This document shows, piece after piece, positions 10,266-24,505 of a stretch of 64,000 nucleotides of DNA. Made by a program: the position numbers and the translations under genes. Under the pieces are notes generated by a model that saw only the letters and a program-made list of their open reading frames with translations, did not search any database and was not told the DNA's origin. The stretch lies in contig NC_047062.1 in NCBI RefSeq assembly GCF_902459465.1, positions 21,576,001 to 21,640,000 of the forward strand, given 5' to 3'. The DNA comes from Asterias rubens (taxonomy: Eukaryota). Within the stretch, counting starts at the first letter, position 1, and the number at the start of each line of letters is the position of its first letter.

Positions 10266-13200
10266 TTAGGCTCTGAACTCCACCAGCACAGCCTCCCCAG
10301 GTGCCAGCTTAACACTATCCATGGACAGCTTGCCCTTCTTTGCGCCATTGGTGCTGAGGATAACCTTGCCCTCGGCGGGCACCCGCTCAGGGTCCGGGGA
10401 GTGGAAGTTCTCCATGACCTCGCCCGTGCCCACGTTCATGGCCACTAGGTAGAACGGCCAGTCTGGGAAGGACCTCTTGTATGAGATGACGCTTTCGGTC
10501 TTGATGACCTCGACGAAGTCACCGGCCACGATGGACGGCTTGCCATGGTATTCAGAGAGGACGCTGAACTGGTTGAGGGAGGACATCGGCTTTCCCATTA
10601 GAGTCTTTTGGGGGAAAACAAAAAAGAACAAGACTTTATAAAATTGGAGTTGCTTTGTGCTTTGTTTTCATTTGTAAGAAAACAATTATATTATAGTTAC
10701 AAAATATTGCCTTGTGCTTTAAGAGCTAAAAAAAAACTTTACAAGAAAGAGAATATGTATAGGCCTAAAGCTGATTTAATCAATTAAAATAAAAAATCAT
10801 ACTCTAGAGAAAGTTAGGTTAATAAATAACTTTTAAAAATACATATTAGGAAGATGTCTGTTATTTTACAAAGTAAAATACAAATCAGACAATCAACATA
10901 TAAACAACAACACCGGAGTACAAAAGCAAATATCAAATACATGAATGTTGTCATACATAAACCACAAATTAAACAGTGGTTTTTGGATGGTCATTGCTCA
11001 ACCCTCCAACTGTCTGATCATTCAACATAATCCAGCCAGCAATCTGATATAATGTGGTGATTTCACTATACATAGAGCAAAATATTATACACAGTTCTAA
11101 ACAGCCAAAAACACCCAACACAGTTTATGAATAATTTCAAATAGTTTACAAGTCAATGGAAAATGTTATCAATAGATGAAGAGTTATAAGAATCAAATTC
11201 AAAGAAGAACATTTCTGAATGCAATGACAACTATAAAACATATCAAATACATTGAAAGCAGAAAAATGCAATAATTATGTACAAGCATACCAATAATATG
11301 CAAGTATACATGTGAATATTTAAAAATGCAATAATATCTTCATCAGGGGAAGGAAAATAAGCAGATATTGAGAGGCAGTTAAGACAAGAAAAACAATGAA
11401 TTCAAAGCATTCACAGATGCTCTCTATAAATGAAAAAACAGAGATTAGAATACAATGCAGCTTTTGTCATTTTCCTCTAGATTGCAAGCTCAAATCTTTC
11501 AGGGAAAAATGGAAAAATGTGGCGATCTTTTGTAACAAATTTTGAAATCAGGAAATATCCTGGCAAATCACAAGCTTCACGTCAATTAAGTCCATCTGTT
11601 TTAATTACCTCGATATTAAGTTCTTGGATGTTAGCAGGCAGCGGTAGCCATGTAGAGTTGCCTTTAGTAAAGTTCCCATTGGTGGAGTTATCCCAGGCTA
11701 GTGGGGCACGCTCTGGGTCACGTGACAGCTCCTCCCATTTTGCCTAAAAGTAAACAAAAATTTCAAATATTGATTTGATGATCTAAAAATCTAAAACAAA
11801 AACAAGGTGACACAAACGTTTACTTAAACTTTCTTAAGATTCTCACACCAGAGCCCAATTTCACAAAGCTGTCTTTAAGCAAACAAATAGTGGGACACCA
11901 GTTGCGACAATGCAAGCTTTTGGAATTTTAGCTGGAAACCAGTTTTTGTAAAGCAATATTTTTCTGGAATTTCATGGCTCTGCTTACTGTGGACCTCTTT
12001 GTTTACCGCCCATAGACTCATATGCACTTACAGAGCTCTGTAAGCGCAGAATTTTGTGGTAAGTAGAGCCATAAAATTGGGCCCCGTTCATGGTGTGTTT
12101 TTGTTTGTGTTGTTTGGTTAATATATAGAGGCAATTCAAATTACCGAGAATTTGAGAGCCACGGGGTCGACGACGTCATCGATGGTTGCCTGCTCCAGGT
12201 TTTCCACGCCCAACTCGTCACCGTAGTAAGAGAACGGAGTACCGGGCAGTGTGAAGAGGAGCATGTTCATTGCATCAACGTAGGCTTTTCCAACACGGCT
12301 GGCAATACGCCCAGTATCATGGCTGCCAAACTGTCAAGAAGGGAACAGATAGTGTTGGTTAATAAAAATCAGAAATTTTTTTCAAATCAAGGATCTTATG
12401 AAAACTCACGAATAAAAATAAAATAAACTGTCCCATTTGAACCTTTTTATTAAGTACAAGTACGAGCCCTGATTATTGTTGCCTCTTTAACAGAACCACC
12501 CAAAATGTCCACTTACCATCCAAGTGTTCCATCGATTGCCAACACCAGCAGCCTCCTTGGCCTCCAGGAAGCCAGTGATGAAGTCCATGATCTTGAGTCC
12601 AGACAGCGGGGCATTCAGTATGTCCACGAGGCCAGTGTTGAGTGGAAGGTCGGCAAGGTAGAAGGAGTCATTCTTTCCATATTGCATGATGACCGAGTCT
12701 TGGTCAAACTTGGACTGGGTTATCATCAATCTGAAGGAATGAAAACAATAATATTCTTAACATTTCGTTAACTTTAATAAACTTGGTAAATTTGAATGGT
12801 CTCAACCTTTTGGTTGTCTTGTTTTTTGTTTTGTTTTTTTGGGGGGGGGGTTGTGTATGGTAACGAGGTACACCGTCTTAAATAATAATGATAATAATTA
12901 CAACATTTATAGAGCACTAAATACAGAACTTTATGGAGCGCTATAACCAGATTGACAAAACAGATGGGTTGAAAGTTAAGATTTAAAAGTGTCCAATGAA
13001 GGAGCTGCTTGAATGTGGGTTGGAAGCTTGTTCCAAAGTGTTGGAGCTATGACTGAAAAGGCCCGATCGCCATAGCGTGTCATGGTGCGGGGTTCCGGGG
13101 AAAGCTGGAAATGAGCGATTGAAGAAGAGCAAAGGCGTTGGGTAGCTAATGAGACGTCTTTGCACGGCAAAACAAAATAGACTTCCTTTGGCACATACCT

Positions 13201-16200
13201 GTACTTTCCGAGGTAGCTCTCATTGTGGAGTAGCGAACGCCATTCCTTCAGCACCATGGCTAGTTTCTCATTGCTGGCCATTGCTACCTCTCCACCGGAG
13301 TAGCCCTACAAAAACAAAAGGTGCTTTGTTCAATCAACTGTGTACAATGGAAAAAGTATCTTCAAACTGTTGGCCTATCTCTTTGCATAGTATGTACATG
13401 ACAATGGCTCATGTTGTCTTCATTATTTAAGAAAGCAAGATCTAGGGGAAAAAAGGAGTCCATTTCAAACGTCAACTAAAGTTACTTTAGTTGATGTTTG
13501 AAAAAGTTTTTTATATAAAATGCAATTTCCAATTCATTTGAAATCAATTCAATTCAATATTTTTGGAGTTAATTGACAAAAGAATACAGAACAGTAGTCC
13601 GAGGGTAAATTTTGTCACATTGACATGATAAATGTGTAAAAGCAATTAATTAGCAACAAAACTTTACAAATATTAAAATGAACGATTTAATAGAGGAGGA
13701 ATTATTTATAGTTAGAAAGTTAGAGACTATACTGCACAACCACAAACGAGTGCTACATGTACATTAAGATAAGTCACGAAATGGAATTGATTTGGGTAGG
13801 TTGGTATAAAATCTGAATTACAGAAATTATCCTAACTGAAATACTTACTGGTTCTTCACCGCCAGACATCATTGTAGTAGGTTCTGGTTCAGGCATTGGG
13901 ATCGTGGTACCCTCGGGAACCATGGGGGCAGCATTTGTTGGGGCTGCTGGCGCAGTGGCTGGAAACAAATAAAGAAATTCGCTTGTTGAGGAAACCACAA
14001 GTTCAGGTATAATTCCAAGGGTACATATTTCATTCTGGAGATAAATCCATGATGAAAACCCACCTTTCTCTCCCAACGTCTCCTACATGTACTTGCCCTC
14101 AGCCTAACAAAATTTGTAAAATATTTAAAAAAATATTTAAAAAAATTGAATAAATCAATTTCTGAAAAATTAATCAAAAACAGACACTTGGCAAATCAAA
14201 CTAGTGAAAAAAACATTCCTTGTCGAGTGTCAGAAACTATTGCCCAAGTTTCTGCTGACTTGAATTAAGCAGATGACTCACTTGTTGTGTTAACTTGTCT
14301 TCGACGACGGCCACCACCAACAGGGGCGACTACAACCTCGACCATCTGTGGATCCACCAAGTACTCAATGTTGCTGAAGACAAAACCATCAATCTTGCGA
14401 TCCAGCCAGAACTTCATTGCTTTCTGAAATCACACAGGTGGAATCAATAATTGTTAGAAAAAAGGCTTATTTGTTCCTGGATTTATTGCGTGCATCCTTA
14501 TAAAAACTGCAGTTATATTCAAATCGTCACTCAAAATACCTCAGAACTTACATGACAACAAAAAAAGTAGGAAGGCGAATGTAATGTGTTAATTTTTAAG
14601 TGCATTTCAAATGAGTAAAACAGGCATGATATTTGGTTCTTGGGACAAAAGTAGAAATAGTTTTTCGATTGCAAGGGCTGACCTACACTACATGTACACA
14701 TGGCGTAGGCTTTAATAGATATTTCTGGCTATTTAATGACAACAAAATACAAAATCAGACTAAAGCATATAATATGAACTGGTAATATGAACTGGGTAAT
14801 GAGCCGACCACTTCGGAAATCAAAATCATGCTTTATTAGCAGAGATGTCCAAGGTACAGTTTCTTAACCCTTTAATCCTTGCAGACAAGACCTGATATAA
14901 GACAGACAGAGGGTTGTCCAATCATCTTACCATTACTTCAGCATTCAATGACTCATTGTTGTAGTTCAAGTCTGGTTGAGACGACAGGAAACGATGGAAG
15001 TAGAACTGGCCACGCTCCGCCGAAAACGTCCAGGCAGATTCACCATAGGCATTTTTCTAGAGGAGTAAATAAAAAATGTTTTGCTACGATTATTGCTGTA
15101 ACCATAGGGAGTAGGAAATAACATAGCTCATCAATATTACTCGGACCAAGTATTTCCAAGAGGTCACACCAAGCTGTATCCCACGCTCCTAATTTGAAAG
15201 CTCAGCTTTATTTTAAGAAAAGTGTGTCCCTGCACAATCTCCAGGCTTTCTGTCTAATTGTTATACAAGAAACATGACAATTTATTATGTCTAATGGAGG
15301 AAATAATCAGGATTGAAGCTATCCCAACCACTTAAGAAATTTCTCACAGGAATTCCTGAGATTTCCAGAATACAATAAAGACACAATAGGAGGGCAGCAG
15401 CCACCTATCGAGCGCCAAACAGTAAACCAGACGATGCGTACATCCCTTCCCCCCATCTGCCTCCAAAGATGATCCATTATTATTACTCACGATGTCATTT
15501 GGTGGTTGGTCACCAGCGGCTCCCGTCCCATCAGCCCACACATAGAAGTCACTGTACATACTGTCATTGGACTTCATGCTGTCCAGAAACCAAGGATGCT
15601 TGTTACTGGAGTGGTTGGGCACAAACTCAAGAACCAACTTGATCTCTGAAAGAGCAGAAAGAAAAAAAACATCAATTCAATAAAAATAATTGAAAAAATA
15701 GCTTCATGATTTTCAAAAACTACGTCAAAATGCTTCTTAAATTGTAAACATCATTATATGTAATTACTGTGACGAGGTAAACAAACACATGAATGCATTG
15801 TAAGAGTTAGAGCTACAATTAAAAATTGCAAAGTAAGTACAGAATCGACTGTTAGTGCTAAGTTTCTCTATATTAAATTGGGCTCATGGTTGAAGTGCCA
15901 CAGTCTTAGGAGCGGGATTTTAGGCACCAGTTTGTATGCGCCCTCCTCAGAGTGTAATCATTGCAACAATTCTCATCACTGTAATCCAACATAAAGAGTA
16001 ATTAACTAAAAATAGAACTGAAACAATTTTGGGATGCAAGTTTCGACAGATTATCTGGCCAGTGTTTTTAAAAGGTATTTTTTTTTTTTTAATTTGCCTT
16101 TAATGGAGAGTCACTGTACAGACCAGTAAACCCAGTAAAGTGCACTTAGCTAGTCAGGGGTGAACTCAGCCACTTTCGAGGCAGACACAATAGGCAAGCT

Positions 16201-19200
16201 TTAGTGGATAAACCCCGTGTGAAAGAGTAGTGCTTTCATAAAATGTACATTCACCTCAAAGATTATGACGGTCTGAAATTTCTCAAATGTTTTTTTTTTT
16301 CTTTTTTTCTTTTTCTTTATGGTTTTGGGTTGTTTGATCAGGGTTATTTTGAGGTTGTTTGCTAATGGGGGTTGGTGGACTGGGGCGACGGAAATCAACT
16401 TTTAATCACGCACGAATGGTATGTTCTTTCAAGCGGATTTGAGGCTCCAGCTACTGTTGCTTTTACAGGTAACCTTTACATGCAGTGCTCTTGTCTTGAG
16501 CGTACAAAAGAGGAATCATAACTCTTAAAAATTTTCCCATAGTGTAGACATTCTAAGTAGTTAGACTTTCTGGATTTTGTGAGGAATTTTCCTTCTCTTT
16601 AGGGAAAAGGGTCTTGCCACAAAAACTAAGGAAGGAAATTTATTCCTATTCTTATTCTTAATTCTTATTCAAATGACAAAATTGAAGGCAATGAAGAGTT
16701 ACATGTAAATTATACTGTACGTAGTAGTTTCATTTAGCATTGTTTTGGGGGAAAGTTTTGGCCAGTGTTTGTTTTTTGCTCTGCAGGCTGCAGCACGACA
16801 GAATTGGTTGGCAACAAATTCTACTAAGATTGCACCATCTTCCACTTGAGTTTCCTGTTTTTTACATGTCGCTTAAAATAATCGGGCTGCACCAAGCAAT
16901 GCGGTCGGTCTATTCAATGGACACAGAGAGGTCGAAGCAAGGGACAAGGGCATATTACATGCTGGTCTGCTGATAACAATTCTGCATACAATGCAAGTAT
17001 GGTTGGTATAAATGTGTGCTTATAGCTGGCCACAGGTACATGTACAGTGTATTGATCCGGATCAAACTGGTTCTAACAATGGTTTATGGAAATACTCAAT
17101 TGTATACATAGCCACACTTTGTGAGGTGAGAAGTGGAAAGTGAAAAGCAGTGACTAAGCAATTATTCACTTTCCCAAATACTATAAGAGATCCGGTATGC
17201 ACTAAACCAAAACGTATGTCAGATGAAAAATGAAGTAGGTTTTAAAGGTTAAGCTAATGACTCCGAAGATCTCTTTTAATTGTTTCCTTCTTTAATTTCT
17301 CAGAAGGAAGACATCCTGTTAGAATCAAGGTTGGGTTTGCCTTGTATTTTCTTCATTGACTAGACAGCTTTTGAGTGATCCATGTTCTAAGGTTTTCCAT
17401 CATCATTGTCAGTAATTGTCATTATGTCATAGAATTGTGTGTAGCCAGTAGTTTACAGTTTGCATGTTACAATGGAAACACACAGTTTTTGAATTGGTCA
17501 TTCGGTGGTCCAACTGGTGATTTAATGGCTAGCGGACAACTGTATTACCTGAGGGTGAACACTGCATACGGTACACAAGATTTATACCAGGCAATTTTAC
17601 CACGCCACAGACTAAGTCACTTTGGATAGCTGGTTCAAATTTCCTTCTCCTTATTGTAAATGAACATACTATCCCAAATCCTTCTAAATCCTTATGTGTT
17701 TATGATTTAGTTTAGAGCTCTGTTGGGGCCCTTGGTGTATTATATTTGATATTTGCGCCATTTTGAATAGGTTAGGGTTAGGGTTACCCATTGACCTATG
17801 TACCTCACTGAATTTGGCTTATTGTTATTGAAATAAATTTATAATTTTACATAATATTACCCTCAACCAAATGGAAGTGCCCAGCTGTATTATGGCCAGG
17901 ACAATGCCCTTGAGAAATTCCAAAGATTCCAATGGCATGGATGGTGTGTTTACAAAGCCTGTGTGGCATACAATGAACACCCTATGCATGTGAACCCTAA
18001 AACAATGACCAAGCTAACAAAGAAAATTTCAGTTGCCAAACAAAATAATATGTCTCCACCAGTAAGAGCCCAAAACCTTCACAATCCTGTTTTGGCCAAG
18101 CTACATGAGACCTAATACCTTCAAAATCCTCCTTTGTAAAAATAGCTTAATAGCCCAAGTCCTTCTTAAACCTCATCCTCATACAAACTCATAGTGTCCC
18201 AAAGCCTTCAAAATCCTCCTGTGCTGCAGATCACTAAAAACCCAAATCCTTCTTTGTCATACACTTCAGCAATGAGGATATTGAAGGAGTTGGGCCCCAT
18301 AGAATCCTTGAATTCTGTGGCGCTTCTTCATAACAGGGATGATTCCTCCCAAATGTCAAATCGTTCCGGGTTCACACCCCACCCAAGATGCCTGGAGATT
18401 TGTTCCAATGTTAAATCATGAGAAAGCACTGAGTATAAGTGTTTGTGTTGGTTGGCCAAAAAGTAAAATCAGAAGCCATCAGAGTATTTTTAAAACTAGG
18501 CTGATCATTATCTGTTCCACAATCACAGAGCTGCCTCAGCATGAACAATTATTGCTTATTCTGCTAAGCAAAAGTAGACCAGGTACCAGTCACAGATCAT
18601 TGAGATAGTCAGTGTTGGAGATACTACATGTGACATGCAAACTTTGGCTGGTAACCTGATTCTGGTAAGCAAGATTCTATTGCGCTAAGAAACTTTTTAA
18701 TGCTTATTATCAGTATTCTTAAATCAGGCCCTGATCCTTATAATTCACCAAACCCTCTCATTAAGATGAATTGCTTTTCTTGCGGAGAACTTAATTGATT
18801 TCAGATTGGAATAAACTTCAGGTCATGAAACACTTCCTTATCAACTCAACTGGCACAAAGATGACTCGGAAAAAAATGTCAAGTATGATGAATATGTAAA
18901 CAAGCAGTGTCTTGGATAACACAAGATTTCTCAATGACAATGATTCAGCAAAACTACACCGCATTTCCTTGAAACTTGAAGCATGATTCAGCCATAAATT
19001 ATAAATGCACCTTGTAAACACACTGCACGAACATGCTTTATAATTCAAGGTACTCTGTTAAGCCTACATTTTGCATTTGCTGGTAAACATGCGAAACCAA
19101 TGGATATATTTAACTTGTTTTTTTGTACACCAAAAAAAGAATGTTTTCAGCAGACAAAACTTTACAAACAAAACTTTTTAATTATTGAAGAAATATAACG

Positions 19201-22200
19201 TATGCTGATATGCGGATATATGACAAGTTTGACAGTATTATACTAAATTCCCCGCCCCTCTTGCCCCTTCAAGTCAGTTCAATGAAATCAAACTTGAATA
19301 AAGGCAGAGGAGCCCCCATTCAGCTGGCTGCCCCATTATTTTTCTTGTTTCGGCAAAATGAACACACAAGCTAAAAACAGTGTGTAAACAAAAAGCCAAA
19401 AACCACATGTCAGGCTTATTTGTAATAGCTTACCTTTCTCTTGCAGTGCGATGACCAACTCATCAAAGTGGGTGAGGTTGCCAAGGAGGGGATCCACATT
19501 GGTGAAGTTGATGATGTCATAGCCAATGTCAGTCGTCATCTCGGGCTGTTCATAGATGGAGGTCAGGTACAGTACCTTCACCCCAAGGGTCTCAAGGTAG
19601 TCCAAGTTCTTGGTCAACCCTGAAAGAAAGAAAGAAATTAAATGGAACTGTTATTTTTCCTGCTCTTTATTATTCAACTTGCCCTAGTTTGTTACTTATT
19701 TGGACATAATGACAGCCAATGCAATGTGGTACAAGATGTAATGCAACAATCTAGCCTCCAACTAAAGTAGAACAATGTAGAAGGGATGCTTTAAAAAAAT
19801 TGCAGGGTTAAATTAGACCTACAAAGTTATTGCTTTGTTTTATATTTGAGACTGCTTACATAATAATTTTGTTTCATTTTGAGAATGCTAATTGACAATA
19901 ATATTATTAATAAGCAGGCGACGAATTACACTGAGGCCACAGACAAGAGTGCCTTTGTTGCCCTGGTCTTGGCATTGGTGTCCCTTGAAAAGTTTTTTGA
20001 TGGAAGTGCCCTGTTGCAAAATGAAAATTCCATGCCTTTTAAGTAAAAGACACATTTTCCCCCATCCCCCCTGCGGACCCAGACACACAATAACAGTGGA
20101 ATAACAAAATGTTGGATTTCAATTGATGGGATTAATGTTACTGCACTTTACTCTCCACCTATCTCCAGGGGGGAGGGAGAGATTAACTCCAGGCCTCAAA
20201 TTTCCCGATTTTTAGGGCAAGGCCACTTTGGCCTTGAATTTGTCAAATTTTGAAAGGGCACCAAGGCCATGGGGTAGGGCACCAAGGCCAACTTAAAATT
20301 TCAAAAAGGGCATCAAGGCCATAAAAAATAAAGATCATGAAACAATTTCTGTTCAGGTCCATGAAGGCTATTTTAATGAACCATTTCATTACTTTTGCTT
20401 TCCTTTAACAAAAAAACATCAAGTATTTTTAAATGTATTTAATTTTATTGATTAATGGGAAGTAAAAGTAAGCATCCATTTTTTGTTGCGATGGCCAGAC
20501 GTAAACAATGAACTGTCACTTAACTGTGTGCAGCGGAGATTTTGTTGCGACGGCCGGCCCGGACGTAAACAGTGGGCTGTCACTTGACTGTGTGCAGAGC
20601 GGAGATTTATTCAACGGACATACATGTACATGTACCATACATGTACATGTACCTTTCATGTACATGTACATGATGCGTGATTTACGTAACATGGCCCACG
20701 TGCACAAACATGTATGAGTACCAGTGAACAAGCACAATACCAGTGGAATAGGCGGACGCCCAACCTCGAATGGAACCGAAATTGTGATTAGCTGGTACCC
20801 ATCATGGACAACCTTGCGTGGGTACGCGTGTTGCAAGATGAGTACCAGTGCGATTGTTCTCAAATGGTCGTTGCAAGTACATCCGGCCCGTGTATAAACT
20901 TCGAGTACACAATGTCTATGATGGATGCACGTCTGTCGTTCGTTCTGCATCGTGCACACACACATGCACTGCATGGATATGCTGCCGTCCGTTTAAATTC
21001 CGTGTGATGAGCATTCAACCGACCGCGCTCTGTTGCGTGTATTAATATAGAATGTACATGTAAGTGTTTGATTTTATGTGCACACAGACGGATGGTGGTG
21101 TATCAAAACATAAATTTTGATCTCAAAAAGGGCACGGCGGCCATCAGAGAAAAAGGGCACGGCCTTTTTGGCCGCGAAAATGTCAGATTTTCTCGGGGCA
21201 CCACGGCCAGTAAGCAGGGCACCGGCGGCCATGGCCGTCGTGGCCGCCGGGAAATTTGAGGCCTGTAACTCCCCTGGCTGTGCAGATGTTTCTTTCTGGC
21301 TGTGGTTCAAAAGGAGACGCTGGTTGATTGACATGTTATTGACCTTTCCCCAATTCACTGGTAGTACTGCCAGTCTACGTACTACGTTGGGTGAATTACC
21401 ATGTCACCAATGAGCCTTGACTGATGATAATTTCAATATCAGGTTGGCATTGACTCAAAAGTTACAAAACATAACCTTGTGATGGAAAAGCACTTGTGCA
21501 TGAAATGAAGAACCAAATAGCGCCCTTGCAAATTGTACTCTTGAATCCCCTCTCCCACTACTAGCCACGCCCATTCAAACAAATTTATAAAAAAAGTTGC
21601 GTTTGAAAATATTAATTATTATAAATTTAACATTTAAGAAAATATTAACATGAAACTAATTTCTTAAAATAATATTTGCAACCAAAAATTGCCTAATTTT
21701 TCCATCAATTTTTAGAAAGGTTCTGGTTTTGTATTTGGTTATTAATAAAATATCCCAATTTTCCATATTTTCACTCAGTTAACCGTTTGATTTTGAAGAT
21801 CTCCATACTGCAGGCCTGATACTTCACGAAGGCAACGGAGGCGATTGCCTCCGTTGCCCCTTGTCATTGCCTAGGTGCCCTTGAAATGTTACAGAAGAAA
21901 TTTACAATTTCCTCATAGGGTGCCCTTTGCCAAAGAGAAAATGCCTTGGTGCCCTTGCCCTTTCAAAAACGAAGCATACAGCCCTGCTACTGGTTTATTT
22001 TGTTATTTCCTTGACCTTATTAATCACTGTGTAGAAAAAATATGCTGATAACACTTGTCCTGTTTTTAAATTAGAATATTATAATGATCGCCCCCACACA
22101 CAGGAGCGATCTACCCACGCGAACAATATATCATTATACCACAAATGATAGCTAGCCACACACAGATAAATATTCAGAAAATAGCAGATGGTTTTGTTTG

Positions 22201-22967
22201 CGGCTGATTGATACCAATGCAATATGCGGGTGGATTATAACAATCATGTAGATGAGATGTGGCTCTGAATTAAATATGTATAACAACATGGAGCGTATCT
22301 TACTTTCAAATCAAATGAGATATTGCCTGCTTTTTTGACATGTTTGATAGGGGCCTAACCATGCTAATACACATGCAATTCTTCAAATCAATGAAGAAAA
22401 AACGGATAACTTTCCGTATGGCGCCAACACTTTTTCACTCATTTTTACAAAAAGGGATAGGCCTATCCATCAGGTAAATTAAATTAGATACTATATTATT
22501 TTATTTCGAATGAAAAAGTGGTGGCGCCATACGGAAACTTTTCCGGCCTATTTAATATAGCTTAGAACAGCAATAATTATCATGAATACTCTTTAAAATA
22601 GTCTTAAGATATATCTACCTTTGATGTCTCCAAAGCCATCGCCGTCCGAGTCGCGGAATGACCGCGGGAAGACTTGGTACATGGCGCTCTTTTCCCACCA
22701 TTCTACGTTGGGACATCGCGGCACTTTGACAACAATCACAATGGCTGCAATCAGCATAGCAATCCAGGCAACCCAGAACAGAATCAGGAGGATATTGCGG
22801 GCCCAATTCCATCCTGGGGTGTTCGCTACTTTAAGCAATTCCTCCTTTCCAAGCCCGGTCCATTCGGCTTCTTGTTGTTGCTCCATTTCACCGCCGCCGC
22901 CTTTTTCTGGATCGGTAGTCGGTGCCATTTCGTATTTGTCGTAGTCGGCTTTTCTGGAGTCCCCCAT
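10266..22967 (-). CDS. SLC3 family heavy chain, paralog 1 (4F2hc-like N-terminus, rBAT/maltase-like GH13 ectodomain, probably non-catalytic), 11 exons, 682 aa
   Basis: Exons: 22967-22619, 19619-19434, 15645-15491, 15056-14931, 14423-14282, 13958-13849, 13305-13199, 12730-12517, 12330-12145, 11743-11609, 10604-10266. All introns are GT-AG, phases are consistent, and the total is 2049 nt. Motifs: [18 protein letters not shown], a TM helix, VPRC (light-chain Cys), [60 protein letters not shown]. Confidence 0.92.
11849..12086. mobile_element. GCCCAATTT-terminal MITE in SLC3 paralog 1 intron 9
   Basis: Ends CAGAGCCCAATTTCA and TAAAATTGGGCCCCG, with the internal inverted pair catggctctgcttac / gtaagtagagccat. 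A related sequence begins near 63805. Confidence 0.6.
12881..13110 (-). mobile_element. 5'-truncated L2/CR1-group LINE 3' end in SLC3 paralog 1 intron 7
   Basis: The minus-strand translation [38 protein letters not shown] matches the L2 ORF2 C-terminal pattern, and an (ATT)n-type tail follows. Confidence 0.8.
20190..21265. mobile_element. Non-autonomous hAT-like element, 1076 bp, with 6-bp TSD
   Basis: Perfect 18-bp TIRs CAGGCCTCAAATTTCCCG / CGGGAAATTTGAGGCCTG, TAACTC directly on both flanks, and subterminal GGGCAC / GGCC repeats. Confidence 0.85.
20616..20672. repeat. (CATGTA)n self-complementary microsatellite inside the hAT-like element
   Basis: catacatgtacatgtaccatacatgtacatgtac..catgtacatgtacatg. 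Confidence 0.85.
21811..21986 (+). mobile_element. Short CAGG-terminal hAT-like MITE
   Basis: CAGGCCTG at the start and CAGCCCTG at the end, with flanks ATACTG / CTACTG (5 of 6 match). It has GTGCCC subterminal repeats and reverse-complement relatives at 32176 and 44578. Confidence 0.8.
22404..22544. mobile_element. GG-terminal MITE (about 140 bp) in intron 1 of SLC3 paralog 1
   Basis: TIRs GGATAACTTTCCGTATGGCGCCAACACTTTTTCA and TGAAAAAGTGGTGGCGCCATACGGAAACTTTTCC. Nearly identical to 29683-29814. No TSD is visible. Confidence 0.85.
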
Positions 22968-24505
22968 GGTGGTTGCCTTTTTATACCCCTCAGTCAGGAC
23001 GGGAAAATTAACGGAATTGGGCCTTCCTGCAGTGGGAGCAGAGGTCTAAGATGACTAACAGGTGCTTGGGATTGCAATCTTCGAATTTGGGGGAAGGTTA
23101 AGCCTTGTCAGCGGGTTCACTTCCCGAGAGTGTGCTGGCAATGTTTATGTTGCTAATGTATTCTGCATTAAGATTTACTACGTCCCGTTGTTATGAATGA
23201 TTGCCGCGCTCTAATCGATGCCGGTTTTTGTGTTGTTCTAGGCGGCTTCGCCACGTGCACGCACGTACCGCGCCTCTGCTTCTGGAACCGGATTTATCCA
23301 GATCCAAATCAACTTGTTCAAGTCCTTTCAGTTGCAACGCTGTGGACGCTTCAAAACCCGTTGTAATTACCCAGACGTCACCGACGGCATTTCTCCACTA
23401 TCGTGCAAGGTAACTCATACTTCCCCGTAAAACCGAGGTGTAACTGCAATGAGACTGTTTAGCGTGTTTATGAAGTAATTATTTATACAAAGACGAGATG
23501 ATTTATCAGGAGGGGTTACCTGCGAGAAAGGACAAATGAATTGAAAATTTAATTACGATATTGATTAAATTTGTAATGAAAAGATACTTCCAATGTAACT
23601 AATGTACAAGTATTTTGTGTTCAAAACTAAAAATATTGTTTACTTTTTTCTTTTAATTGAAAACTTTAAGCAGAGTTGAAATTATGTCCACCCATTTTTT
23701 ATGGAATAGCCCACTTTCAGCACGCAGCGTTGCATCATTTTTTTTACACAGGGCGCGGATTATGTGGACAAATTTGGAAAGCTCGCCTGCCGTGTGGAAT
23801 GCATACCTTTCATTCACTTCAATACCAATTAGTAAATATTGATAAAAATGATATTCATTTTAAACATTATCACAAAGAGAGAGCGAAGTTCCTTATTACA
23901 CTTATTTATTTATTTGCCCCACTTTCTTTCAAAATGAGTACACACATTATTCTCACACCTTTAAAACTATCTACCACATGTTTATTATATTCAATACTTA
24001 GTTTCAAAAATAAAATATATATTGTTTCAACCTGAAACTTTGTCCAATTGTTATGGGTAAAAAGCCAACACGTGCTTTGGAAAGGTTGCCTCAACTGTGT
24101 TTAATGTTTTTAACGTAAATTAATACATTTATGATGTACTGCACAGGTTTAACCAAATTAAAGGTGGCCGTCAATACAGTCGCCAATGCTGTGCATGGTT
24201 GGACTTATAGGGGCTACTGTAGCGCCGGTCACCGGCATTAATTCTGAAAAAAATGCACATTAATACTACAGTACACTAGACTGCATCCAGTTTACAACAT
24301 TTCTATCAGGAAATTGTTTTGCTAAAAATAAAACATAAAAATCGTGGGAAGTGCTTAAGAAGACAGTTGTATTTCTCGTTTAAAATTAGACCAACAGTTT
24401 TGCAAATTGCTTATTACCGTTTGTTAGGGGTTCGTAATAGGCCCACGGTCCATACACGTATAATACTGGACGGTACAAAACCCGACGATGCCACGGTGGT
24501 AAAAG

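Noticed and set aside
12976-13281. 101-aa ORF as a single gene
   Set aside because: It is a chance in-frame fusion of SLC3 exon 7, intron sequence and a LINE fragment.
17769-17787. TTAGGG telomere-like repeats
   Set aside because: Only about two to three units are present, which is compatible with chance.
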